A stretch of 64,000 nt of DNA from Oopsacas minuta (lineage: Eukaryota > Animalia > Porifera), in assembly GCA_024704765.1 (NCBI GenBank), contig JAKMXF010000352.1, positions 111,072 to 175,071 of the forward strand, read 5' to 3'. Within the stretch, counting starts at the first letter, position 1. Every line of letters begins with the position of its first letter. The notes under the pieces are model-generated. The model saw only the letters and a list, made by a program, of their open reading frames with translations. It did not search any database and had not been told where the DNA came from. The translations under genes and the position numbers were made by a program. This document shows, piece after piece, positions 1 through 12,610 of the stretch.

Positions 1-314
1 GTTATTATGAATATCAGATTAGAAATTTCGTTACAAATTAGGGTGACAGAATATATGTGAAGAAATTTATGGCCTTTATAGTAACCGCAAAATCAATTAC
101 TACCGATTACCAATCAAAAAGATTGAGATATGGTCTTTGCAACCCATGTAATCATCATATTGAAGTTTAAAATGTCGCTTCATTGCAACCACAAAAATTC
201 CTTAAATTCCATTAATGCATTTGCGTTACCATGGTTAAAAACACATATTAATGAAGTCACTACATTCTTATAAATGGCTGAAGTCTCATATAATACCAAC
301 AAAATACTTACATA

Positions 315-1498
315 CCGGGTGGTTTAAAAGGTTGGAAACACTATATGCATTCCCCCTTCATTCTCTAAATATTTCGATGAACATCTATGTAACATATTTA
401 ATGTGTACTCTAAACCTAATTCTAAATATATGCTAAGTTTTTGCATCAACATTCCATAGGAAGTGGTGTTTAGAGCATCTGCTCGAGGTGCACACCATTT
501 ACCTGCTGACATTTGTGCAGTCTCAGGACAAAATTCGGTTAACATTCTGGAGAACATCCCTTTTTATGGCTGTTCGACGCATGGGAGTAGCTCCACCATG
601 CTGCAAGTATTGCCTAGTCCTTCTTGTGCCACATGTAGCATCTAACTCCTCCCAAAACCTTCTCCAAGATCACTATATATCGCTCAGAGTTCACCGTTAC
701 AGTTATCCTATAATCATTTTCAAAAAAGAACGGTCCAATAATTTTCTTTCCTGATAATGCTGCCCAAACAGTCACTTTGGGGGAGTGAAGTGGCTTCTGT
801 GTAACCTGAATAGGTGCTTTTGTGCCCCAATAAATGTTGTTCTTCGAATTAACTTGACTATCAAGGTAGAAGTGAGCTTCATCACTTGTCCACAGGTCTG
901 ACAAGAATCCCTGGCAGTCCTCAACCTAGCAATTTAAAACATTGACCATATCTAGTCTCCTGGTCATGTCAGCTGCTATAAGCTTATGGCATATCTGTAT
1001 TCTGTAAGGAAACATGCCTAGATCTTGTTTCAGCACTCTGAACATTGTGGTTTTCGAGATTATACAACATTTCCAAAACTTTGTGAACGCTTTGGGATGA
1101 ACGTTTAGGAGATTGCTCTACTGACTTTCGGAATATGCCACAACCTCCGGTGTGCGAATTATAGGCCTCCCACACGGGTATGGCGCCCGTCATGCTGCTT
1201 GTACAGGTCCTTGATAGTCCCTTCACTCCTAAACTTCCGAACCCACTTGAAAATAGCCGATCTGGAGGATGGGTTATCAGTTCCGAACTGTTGTCGATAG
1301 GTTTCATGAATTATTAAGAAACTGGTATTCTTCAAATACAGCTCTACGCAAAATGCTCGCTGCTGGCATATCCACAGCCTGGAAGTTGCTCTCCCAAGAG
1401 TACAGTTTGACATATCTAGAATATCAAAGGACCACAATATATGACGAGGGATGGAAAGCTCAAAAGGTAAAGTGTTTCCAACCTTTTGAACCAGTCGG
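315..1498 (-). mobile_element. Tc1/mariner element (maT/DD37D-like), degenerate transposase, near full length
   Basis: Imperfect TIRs ccgggtggtttaaaaggttggaaacac (315) and rc ccgactggttcaaaaggttggaaacac (ends 1498), TA on both flanks. Frameshifted transposase motifs: HTH 'SRSAIFKWVRKFRSEG', 'WTSDEAHFYL', 'VWAALS..IIGPFFF'. Confidence 0.9.
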
Positions 1499-1500
1499 TA

Positions 1501-4500
1501 CCTAAATAAATAATATACTAGACATAGAATCTCATTATTTTGTAATTGCTGATCAATTATTCTATCTGTAAAACCGACTTGACTTGGCTTTGACATTGGA
1601 AAACAATGACTTTCATATCAATCTAACAGCCAAGAAATAATACCAGTTCTCAATCTCGAAGAAGATTTGAAACAATCTGAATACTCCATGGTCTATAAAA
1701 TTTCTAAGAGCATAAAGAAAAGCAAAGAGTCAGTAGATAAACTAGATGGCGAGTGGTGGGTTGTTAATATTCCAAGGAGTATGATGGAGCTTCTGGTTGC
1801 CAGTAAGCAAAGTCGAATAATGGAATGTGCAACCTCTAAATCAAGCACCACACATTTATCCGTTAAATTTCCAAATAAATACAGGAGAGATTTCTGGAAA
1901 CAATTCTCCTAATAAACTCATTTCCAACCTGAATATTTCACATCAAACAAACTTCATGCTGTCACGACTTAAGGTTTCGGATCGATTTGGGAACATTCGT
2001 ATACAAATTCAGCCTTCTCTAATTACCCAGTTGAATTAATTTGTCAAAAAGAGAGTATAAACTCAGTAAAAGAATAGTATATCTTAATCAACCCTGAAAT
2101 CGGTCCCATTCACTAAAATGGTTTTGATCTCACATATGGTTATTCAATATCTCGATAATAGCCTCAATGTTCGATGGAAATAATTGTCAGTGATGACAGG
2201 AAAGAGTGGTGCTCGATGTACTGCTTGCAAATCAGACCGTAGCGATATTCACAACATAGTAGAGTAGTATGCGGTTTTCCATTGAATTGCCCAATTGCTA
2301 ACAGAAAGAAACAGTTAGTGAATTAACTTCAGAGGGAAAAGAACTTTTGATTTATAAATCTGCTAGATGAAAATTTGAATTCGCTATTTACCAAAATTCA
2401 TGTGTGCATTCGATACTACACTATTTCAAAACTAGAAATATGCTACTAACAGTTACTAAATGAACTTATAACATAACAAAGACTTGTCAAAATAATTGTG
2501 GATGGGGCATAAGTTCTGCCACAATATTATTAGGTTACCACAAATATTTCTTACAACATTCAAGTCATACTAGTCCCTTAGATACATCGTATTATAGGTT
2601 TAAGGTGTTATAACAAAATATAATCTCTTCTGAGTCTGTAATCTTAACAATATTGTAATGGGCCAGGATCGAGGGAGAATTATTCTATTATTTGAGGAAG
2701 GGAAAGACCATCAGAAGTATTCAAAATACTAAAATTTCCCAATAGTAGAAGGAAGTTGATATATGGCACTATTAAGCGATATAGAGATACTCAAGGGATA
2801 AATGACAAACGCAGGTTTGGTCGTCCACGCTCTGTTGCCACTCAAAGGCTAAAAAGGAATTGAGAGAACGGATAGGCAAGAATCCCCACAGTTCAATGAA
2901 AAAATGGCCTCTGAACTTAAGATCTCACATAGATCTATCGGACGAATTGTCAAAAGAGACTTAGAGATGCGTTCTTTCAAGCGAAAGAGAGTGCACCATC
3001 TGTCGGCCTTAGTAAAGGGAAAAGAGTCACGATGAGCAAGGGATTGCTAAACCGACACGCAATCCATGGACTTGAATGTTTTGTATTTACTGATGAGAAA
3101 ATATTTTCCATAGAGGAATAAATAACCCGCAAAATGATCGTATCATCTCATTCTCACTTGAAAATATTCCAGAAGAACTTCGATAAGTTGGTTGGTTACA
3201 TTTTAAAGTCAGTTGTAAAAGAACTGACTCGTACAATGTTTTCTGGAAATCAATTGTATTCTAAGAGGACGTGCTCCAGTTCATACTCTTAATGCTACAG
3301 AAGCATGGCTTTGGATAAATAATCTCAATAAGATTCGGAAAGAGGAATGGCCACACTACATTCCTGACTTGAACCCAATGGACTTATCCATCAGGTCAAT
3401 CTTAGAACAAATGCCTATTCCAAGTCTCACACCAATGTAAGAATCATTGAATAGGGCATTGTATCGAGAATGGGAGAGGGTACCTCAAGAAACCCTATGT
3501 GCCACTGTTGATACTTCTCCAAAGAGGCTTTATGCTGTTATTAAAGTAAAAGTTGACTATATTGAAATATAAATGTCTATTATTGATAATGAATGTATTT
3601 GCTATTCACTTAAAAAGTATCAGGATGATACTATGCTTATTAGAAATCATATCGAAATTAAACCTTGTGGCAGAACTTATGCCCACTCTGTATTATTGAA
3701 TACATTCAAATGTTAGAAATATCGAATTTCTAGAGGTCTAGAAGAAATGTTCAATAATATTTGGAAAAAATTAGCTAACACTACAGTGAGAATTTCGCAA
3801 AAACCAGAGCTAATGAAGAGAATCTGAAAATTTATTATACTCAGTGCGAAGTAATTTACCCGTTTCATTCCTAAATATGAAACTGCATATTGTCCTAGTA
3901 CTTGTGGTGACTAAGCTAAGGTTTATACTCCGCAATGTATGTTTCGAAATAGAGAATTTGAGGCTATCAACATTTTCTGACTGAACAATTTGGAGATCTG
4001 GTAAAATCTTGATGACACAGTAACTCGAGAAAGAGTTAGCACTTTATCGAAATAAAAGGTGTGGCGATCAACCTTTCTTTGAGGTTGTTGGGAGTTCAAT
4101 CAAATAATCATACTTAAAGTTGAAAGGCACTTCGTATTGTTTCGTATTGTTTCGTAATCCTCAGATTGCTTCCTAAATCGTCGAACATATCGAAGTACAA
4201 AATGGGAATACAACGACTGATGAAATTTGAACGATGAGGAAAAGTTTATTAACAGACCGAATTCAAATTCTCGAGCTTTTCCAAGTATCCACTCATATTT
4301 ACTCTTTTAACCACTCTATCGTCTGGACGAAACCACTTGCAAACTTTTGCAATTACCTACGTGCAAATAATGATTTCTTGGCTTAAGACAAATAACTAAT
4401 TTGATGTCGAGCTCTGCAAATATACTAAAATCGCAGTCTTCACTTAGAAAATGGGTAAAGTTGATAAAGAGCATTGATGAATATACATTGATATACATTT

Positions 4501-4720
4501 CATTAAAAATGTTCGTAATTTGAACAAGTTTATTGAAAATAGTACTAAACATAATAAAATATCTATCAGCAAAAGTCGAAATTATATGGGATATTACAAT
4601 TTATTTCAGATTCCTATCTACACATAATAAATGTTCCCCGAGAACACTTAAACTCTATAGGCTACCTCTTAGGGTGTATATTGAATTCTTTGCCAACTTG
4701 ATCCACTTGTTCTCATAATA
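1501..4720 (+). pseudogene. Decayed Transib/RAG1-like DDE transposase, interrupted by mariner insertions (N-terminal stub probably at 1-314)
   Basis: Colinear motifs across frames: 'LLVASKQSRIM..HLSVKF' (ORF 1667-1912), 'IWEHSYTNSAFSNYPVELICQKE' (~1984-2055), 'SMFDG..MTGKSGARCTAC' (2167-2230), 'VHSILHYF' (~2405), then after the 2499-3690 insert 'LANFCNY', 'RSLH' (~4432), 'LNKFI' (~4520). Matches the remembered Transib/RAG1-core order; many stops and frameshifts. Confidence 0.55.
2499..3690 (+). mobile_element. Tc1/mariner (Bmmar1/maT-like) element, degenerate
   Basis: TIR core gggcataagttctgccacaa at ~2505-2524 and its reverse complement ending 3690, followed by TA. Relic motifs 'GRPRS', 'FTDEKIFSIEE', 'PQNDR', 'PDLNPMD'. 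Confidence 0.85.
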
Positions 4721-5229
4721 TTCCATGTGGCAATTGCAAAAAAGTGATGCATAGTTAAACTTGATGATAATTTTGGAACAATTCAAAATGTAATAGAGTT
4801 GAAAACTTCTTCAATAGTTAATTTGGATGTGTAGAATACAATTCTATATCGAAATTGAGCTATCCCATATAATGTGAATACATTACGATATATTATAAGA
4901 TCTGGTATGATACTATTATAAATGGGATATTATGGGTGCAGGCTTAATTCTGGTAGTAGAGTGTATATCGAATAGGTATTTCTAATTCAAAGAAACACTA
5001 ATACACATTGTGGCTAACTCAGAAGAATAAGAAAGTCAAAATTTTCGTGGACCCATAGCGTGATATAAGTTTAGATAATCAGCCAATAAATAAGTTTGAA
5101 ATTTTATCATAGATATCCAGCAAGAACGCAAAATCTTGAATTCATGATTTTTACTAATATGTCACCACACCATCAATTTATTCCGGCATCATGAGAGAAT
5201 AAAAATATAAATTTCAATAATTTCAAAGA

Positions 5230-6460
5230 GCATATACGTCATCCAGTTTGAGTCTAAATGAATTTTGGTTTGTCGATATTCGTAATTCGTGAATGATATT
5301 CCTATGGAAAATTCTCCGCGCCTAGAGAGACATGAATATCTCAGGATTGCGATGTCTTTCGATTCACAAAATCTCTTAACCCTGTCGAGTGACTCGATGT
5401 TCGAAGCATCTAGCCTAGCTAGGTCTAGTGATGCACAGATCGATCGTCTAAATGAACTTTAAATAGGATTTACTTGGGCGACTTTCGTGATCTATCTATT
5501 TTAGTCGTGTTTAGGAAATACTATACATAATATTATCTGTTCTTATTCCTATGTGCAAGATAGCTAACTATACATAGGGTTTAACAGTAACTTGTGGATC
5601 CTGGAATACTGACAAGTGAGCTGATAGAACTAAATTAAATTCCCCATGTAGAAGAGGGGCATTTTTACTCAAATAAATGTATTCCAAATTTGAGGAGTAT
5701 TAATTAAACCATTTTACGCCACAATTCAAAAGTAGGTCAATTGTGCCATTTTTTGATGCCTTGAGAAACGGAAATTATCGTATTTCATTTCAAATTGAAC
5801 ATATGAAATGATCTACAAATAGGTGTATGAAAATATCAAAATGTTGATGTCCAGAATTGGTTGAAGCAAATGGAAGACCCCGGGGACTGATTTGGGTATA
5901 CAGCGGTGTCTCTGGCCTGGATTGGCTAAGTTTGAGTCTTGGACGAAAACACATATTTATGAAGAAATCATGCCATAATTGTAACTGTTTAAAATTGTAA
6001 AATACATTACTTGCCGTATTCAGCAAAGATATATGATAGAAGCTTTAGAATCACTGGGACCAATCAATAAGCAAAATGTGCTGACGTCGTAATTTTGATC
6101 AAATAAAATTCATCATAGAATAAATACATCGATAAAGACTGTACAAAAATATAAATTTCCCCAATTTCTATATTTTAAGGATATCATAATGCTAGATACA
6201 TGAAATACCAAGATTACAAAGCAAATTCCGTGAAGCAGCTATAGTATTACCATAAAAGGCAATTAAATGGAATTGCGATGGACCATGGATAATAGAAAAT
6301 AAAACTTACACAACTAATTCACCTCAGGCACGTGGTAACGAGTTCATGCGATCGGATAGAGATCAAAAGAATCAGAAATAGCTGTGTTATACTTAAACTA
6401 ATCTAGGGTACAATGCTGTCGAGAACGACCTAGCAAGCGAAGTGAGCCAAGTATTGTTCA
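5230..6460 (+). repeat. Fragments of an unclassified ~1 kb non-autonomous repeat (tail at 5230-5505; head starting tgtccagaattg at 5848)
   Basis: Blocks at 5240, 5410, 5850-5950, 6050 and 6430 each have a diverged reverse-complement counterpart in 7330-8312. The same head recurs at 20018 (extended match) and 18847 (first 12 nt only); an internal piece recurs at ~18190-18300. Confidence 0.7.
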
Positions 6461-7329
6461 ATCAGGACAGCCAATAAATACCCTATTCCCCATACCTTGA
6501 TTATACACGTTGAAATGATAATTCATACCAATGTTACGTCGTCGTGAATATATCCATTAATGGTCATAATTATTATTACAAAATAATATTCAGAAATATC
6601 ATATGAAAATACATAACCAGTGAATGGGAAGATGGCATTGCGTATTTAGATAAAATTGATATTGCTGATTAAATACGAGTTTCAAAGATAATCGAATTAT
6701 AAGTGGATATTCACACAAAATGTCATCCCTGATATTTACTGAAAATCAAGGAAATGCTAACTATTGTCTTATAAATTTTTATAGTATTGGTATAAGTATC
6801 TAAAGATCATTCATCAATTCACTTTGAAATGAAAAATGCGAAATTAACAACTATACAAGGCATCAAAGAATGACATATTTTAACAAAAATTGCTAACTAG
6901 ACACATATTTTGGCACATTTTGAAGGATTTTAGCATAAAATTGTTGATAATTTCGTGCTCCCGTATTATGAAAAAAATTACCTCAGAAAAATTGCACCGT
7001 TTCTACAATTTAGAAAGCCCACAGTATTTTTAGTATCGACTAACGTATTCCTAGTCCAGAATCCATAAGTTACCGTTAGGCTTTATGTATAGTAGGCTCC
7101 GCATGTAAATATAATTTGATTCATTTATCATATTGTGTAGATCTCGGTAACTGGACAAAATCTTTATGCAGAATGTCGAGAAGATAGGATGCAGGTAAAA
7201 TATACCATTCTAAATTACAATACCGAGAATAACTTCATACGAGAAATGAATCAATATACACCTGGATATCATCAACAAAATAGACGATGATATCATTCAT
7301 GTATTCATGTGTAGTAAGTCAAAGTAGGA

Positions 7330-8312
7330 ATAAAATAGATAGAACAAGGAGGTCGACCAAGAAGAATCATATTTAAAATTAGATTATAGGGTCGATGGTG
7401 CATAACTAGAGTTAGCTAGGCTAGTGGCGTCGAACATGGAGTCACTTAAGAGGTTTAGGAAATTTCGTGAAAAGAGTGTTACCACATTTTGAAACAATCA
7501 TGCGTTGCTAGGAAAAAATAGACAAATTCGAGTGACCACTCAAACCAAGTGAAACTTTTCATTAATCACGAATATCGACACCAAAGTTCATTTGGATTTA
7601 AACTAGATGATAATCAATGCACTAAGTACATTCATGCAAATCGTTCCCACAATCTTCAAATTCGATGGTCACAGCGCAGACTATACCTCGTAGTGAATTG
7701 AAAACAATGTAGCTTGTTTCGCTTGCTAGGACGTCGCACGATAGCATAGTGCTTCAGGTTAGATTAAGTATTAAAAAGATAAAGTCTTCCTGCAATTGGC
7801 AGCTAGGCTATGCGATTACCTCGAAATTTCGTCCCTAGGGTTTACAAGATAGCGGAGATTTGATTAGCCGTGGCCCTTCCAAAGTACATTGAATGGCCTT
7901 CTGTGGTGACACTGGAGATGCTATGTCGCTTTTGGTTAGCACTCTCGGCGCTTTATGACTCGATTATTAAAAAATTCCTGAATATTTGGAAAAACATATA
8001 TATTTAGTAGTAATGATGAATTCATAATCATATTATGATTTTGCATTATTCAAAGTTATGACGTCAAGACATTCGTCATTTTGTGGGGTACCTGTGATTC
8101 AAAATTCAAAGATCATGTATATTGGCAGTGCTCTAAGCAGTGGTTAATGATCTGAGTTTTCGAAAATCCAAAAAGCGGCAATGATGTCATAATTTCGTCA
8201 TAGGTATGAATTTTTGGCCAAGACTCGAACTAGTCCTCAGCAGGCGCAAAATACAGCTGCATAACAGGAATCGGTCTTGGGGGTCCACAAGTTAATTCAA
8301 CAATTCTTGACA
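7330..8312 (-). repeat. Inverted copy of the same unclassified repeat
   Basis: Reverse complement begins tgtcaagaattg (8312) and contains in order the homologues of the 5850, 6050, 6430, 5240 and 5410 blocks. Confidence 0.7.
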
Positions 8313-9706
8313 TACAAACATACATACGTATATATATTGTATATATACATAGAGTAATTGCGTTATAATTGCATAGATTAGGTTAGAATAATCGAATCCA
8401 AGTACCGGATACTGAACCATAAGGTTGCAACCTTGAATAATCTAAGTCTAGAATTTGGGTAAACAAGAAGTTATAATCTTAATTTTAAGTGTTTGACAAA
8501 TGCACTAATTTGGAACATTGGACAGAGGTTTTAAGGGGAATTTTTAGGCGGGGGGGAAACATTTTCAGCGGACAATTTTCCTCCCCTTTCAAATCATCTA
8601 AAAAAAAACCTGATGGATGCAAGAACTTTGTTAACATTAACTCGATATGCTAAAATTTCATGGCAATATCCACTTTCAAACATGGAGGGGTAAACTCAAA
8701 ATAACATAACCTCATATCAATTTTGATTAGATATCCTATACAATTCTTAAGAATTCAGCAACAATACAAAATAAGTGATTTTTAAGATTGCTTCATAATC
8801 CTTGGAAACGTGATATCAAAATGTGTTATCTGGGAATGGGTTGTTGGGTATGTACCACAAGTTTCCAAGTGGATTTACCTAAAACAATAAACTGAGTAAT
8901 TAGTGCATATGATATCCATGGTAACCGTTATAATTTAGGAACGTGATACAATGATAATGAGAAAATTGTGATATTTTGTACGGAAGATTCGTAAGCAGAG
9001 GCGTAGTTAGCATTTCCCCTTTGGGGTTGCCACAAAAGATGCTAGCAACCCCAATTATACAGAAATGGTGCAAATCCTCAGTATTCCAAGAGTTGCAACT
9101 GTGATTGGTAGCAACCCCTAGCAATCCCATAGCTACCCCTGTCTTCCCAAGATATTATTAATACTTATCTAGAAATAATGTAAAGCAAATTGTATGAAGG
9201 ATTTGTAAAAAATTTCAAAATTGGGTCAGATTTCTGACATACTTGCTATGTAAGCAATCCGATTATGTCATGGCAGTCTGAAATACTTTGGATATAAATA
9301 TTGAAAATATTTATAAGTACGAAATCCACACTATTTCACATTTTTAAAAGGAAAGTTTGTGTATTATTTCCAATTTCTCTAAACTTTTCCTTCATCATTT
9401 CTTTCATAATTGTCAATCAACAACGTCAAGATTTGCTATTAAATCTACCTTTTATACTATATATTCCAAATATCACCTTTAGGCACCTCCTTGTTAGCCT
9501 ACTGTATAATAATGCGTAGAGGAAGAAAGGTTATTATAACGTCAGAAGTGTGGAAACACCATCAACTCAAATGTGTGTAAACTGCATCAGCTCAGTCATA
9601 TATTCAGATGAGCGATTTTAATGAGATGCTTACAACTGCCCTGATCTGGATATATCTTGGTTTGGATATAGATTAGGTTTTCTCTTTTGTAGCATACTAT
9701 CTAAGG

Positions 9707-10270
9707 CAGAGGTGGGCATAAAGTTAGAATTCGGGCCGCGGTGAAATCTGGAGCCGACTTGGAGGCCACAATACTTGAGGAGGTCTTCTATTACCATGAT
9801 TATATAAAATTGAGTCATCCCTATTTTCGTTTCTTACTCATCTTGGGTACCCAAAGCTATTTGGTTACAGAGTTTGGGATAATTACAATATAATCTACAG
9901 CGTAATTGTAGCACCTTGAAAAGTAAAGCCAAATGTGTCTATTTAAACTTGACAAAATGCCAGAACACGAGAAGTTCGAAACCAACAACATTACCAATCA
10001 TTATTGTAATAATTTAAAGAAACAATTATATACAAATGCACAAGTCTATAGAATTAAGGTGTTGAATAATAATTCAAGTGGAATTGCAATTATACATTTA
10101 AGTGAATTAGAAAGCTGTGTTAGGAAGGTAGGGTAAATATGGAAGAAAAAATCTTGTCATCTCAAGGCAATGAAGGCTAAAAGTGTCAGAAAAATTATAT
10201 CGTCCGCATTCATGCCCTTTTCAAACGAATCCCGAGGGCCGCATAGCGGGTCTCACTTTGACAAAATGTG
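9707..10270. mobile_element. hAT (Charlie-like) MITE
   Basis: Left end cagaggtgggcataaagt..gggccgc; right end gggccgc..cactttgacaaaatgtg. Flanking 8-mers atctaagg / gtctaaga (6/8 match). Confidence 0.45.
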
Positions 10271-10379
10271 GTCTAAGAGGTATCTTTTAGCGTGTGCTCA
10301 TGTGGTTATAAAGTATATTATTTTGGAGATTTTGGTACCAATCTACTCACAAAAATATAATCTAAGTTAGGGTACCTAG

Positions 10380-10560
10380 AGTGTCTGAACCCCATGTTTA
10401 GTTGCGGAGAATCGGTGTATATTACGACTTGTTTAGTTTTCTCTGAATATGAAAGTGTACACAAGACCCTCCAACGCAAAGATTTCTAACTCCGAGATCC
10501 TCTTCCAGAATGTGATAGATATTTCAAATATCTTACAAGAAAAGGTTCGGCCCAGAAATT
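10380..10560 (-). mobile_element. Short mariner transposase fragment
   Basis: 'HILEEDLGVRNLC' resembles mariner H.IL..DLG.RKLC upstream of WVPH; no TIRs seen. Confidence 0.35.
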
Positions 10561-11332
10561 CCTAGATAAACCCTGTGTCAATAGTATTATAAAATTAATA
10601 CGTATTATACGTTCTACACGTATTATACAACTTGGGGTATATAGTACCCAAACATTCTCATAGCCGCTGTAAACCTTTGCCAGATGCTTGAATCATAGTA
10701 TACACCTACTATTAGACTCTATAGTAACCTATGTTCAAAACGTAGAAAAACTCAAGCAAGGCAACAATTTCAAATTAGGTTAGGAAGAGAATGTCAAAGC
10801 TAGTTAAATATATTCCTAAAGGTGATCATTATATGACTAACATTGGTTCAGCAATCTAAATCATACTTGCTTTGAAAGATTGATGCAATCAGTAATTGCC
10901 AATTAAACATCGAAAAAGCCAGGCGCAAGCATAAAGAATTCCCAAGGTAAAACAATAATGTGGTATATAGGGAAATATTAATTATGAACAAACTATATAA
11001 TGCATATAAGAGAAAGTTGAGGCAGGTAAATTGGGAAAAGACCAACCGTTGAAACCACTTCTTGTAATAGTGTTAAAACAAAAGAAAATTTACTGCATAT
11101 GACGTAAACCTTTCAGTTTCAGTAAATAGGTCAAGAAAATGATCATACAGTATAGTCTCGTTAATACGAACACGGTTAAGGAGTACATCCGAATAATGAG
11201 TACAAATTTTGGCAATCCTCTGGTGTATGTATTAACGAGAGTCTATGTATTTCACTGGATAGTATTGAATGTACTGACAGAGGGTGAATCCAATGGAAAT
11301 AAATCAAATATGTCGAATAATGATAAACATAC

Positions 11333-11693
11333 CTTCCCTGCCAGGAGTTAAAAGATCATACACTGTAACTTTTGTAGCTCCAGATTTTGATGAATCGAGG
11401 GGCGAGGTATCTTGAAGAACTGGAGGTTGAGAAATTGGCAGTCTATTTTGGATAGGATCCACACGATTAGAGATATGAGGTGCGAAATTGGCATATATTT
11501 GGGTGTATGAAAGTTGTTGCTCAGATTCAGAATCAGGGATAATAAATAGCCAACTGAAGCAAATAAAGGAGAATAAGAAGAGAAATGTGAATAAGATACG
11601 TTTATCCTTAGAGGTTCGTCCAAGGAATATGAATCTTGAGGAAGGCAGTTTAGAGTGAAATAAAGGAAGTATCCCTCTTCCAGACTGAGACAT
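11333..11693 (-). CDS. First coding exon of a type II membrane protein, most similar to Golgi class I alpha-1,2-mannosidase (MAN1A/GH47) N-terminus
   Basis: MSQSGRGILPLF...RILFTFLFLFSFICFSWLFIIPDS resembles the 'LLPLF' and 'CF...F(L/I)PDS' tail/TM segments of animal MAN1A. A proline-rich stem follows, ending at a strong donor GAAG|GTATGT (intron starts 11332, phase 1). No catalytic exon found in the window. Confidence 0.65.
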
Positions 11694-12137
11694 TCTAATG
11701 TCAATAAATAATGCATATACAACAAATAATTATTGGAAACCAACAGGGTGTAGAATCTCTTAGATCGAGGAACCCCTAAACATCTAGAAAATCACTGTAA
11801 TAGGAAACTAAATAATAGGCCCTTTAGAACAGCAGTCAAATTACCAAACTGTTTCAGACATAATTTGGCATGAAGTTCTCCTAAATTATACATGGACAAG
11901 TATCTGAAATCGTTTTATGCCAGTGATTTCATGTACTGATGGTTTTGGCTGATTAGGATAATATTTGTTAGCACGGGTTTATCATAAATATTCCTGGACT
12001 ATTCAGAAAATAATCTCCAAATTGAGACATTAAATTGGGTTTCTCAAAGGTCTACTAAATATATTAAAAAAGATTCCGAAAAGTACCCAATACAGGTGAA
12101 ACTTCAGGGTCTCCCTGAAAAATATAGTATTCGGGAG

Positions 12138-12325
12138 CAGGGCCACAGAGAGAAATTATTGGCCCGGGCCAAGGAAATCGTGATTTCGGTAAAGAAAAAA
12201 GGACACTACGAAATTTAAAGGTTGGGAAAAGAATTTTAGTGAGATTTTGAAACTGTTTGAAAAAATACTTCAATCACAAAACCTTTTGCAAGCGATGATT
12301 TTTATATTTGGTGTCATATCTAAAT
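12138..12325 (+). repeat. Left arm of long imperfect inverted repeat with hAT-type terminus
   Basis: Starts cagggccacagagagaaattattggcccgggcc; 12165-12325 aligns by eye with the reverse complement of ~14640-14800 (gaaatc.tgat.tcgg...acgaaattta...ttttgaaact...atttggtgtca). Confidence 0.7.
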
Positions 12326-12610
12326 TATATGTCAACTCTATAGTTCGGATTTCAGCAGTTTTTAAATTGAAAGCTTTCATTATAATGAGATATTCTTCTT
12401 ATTCAAGAATGTATATACGGTAATAGGACGTGGCTTTAATCATTAGTTTCGACAAGAGATAAATAATAACCAATATTACACAAATTCAAGCACAATATAA
12501 ACTATTTCTGGTCAACACCAAATTTTATTACAAATACACAATACTTCAGCCAACATAAAGTTCAAAAGATAATTAACCTCACCAATTACGCAAACATATT
12601 TCAATTAATA

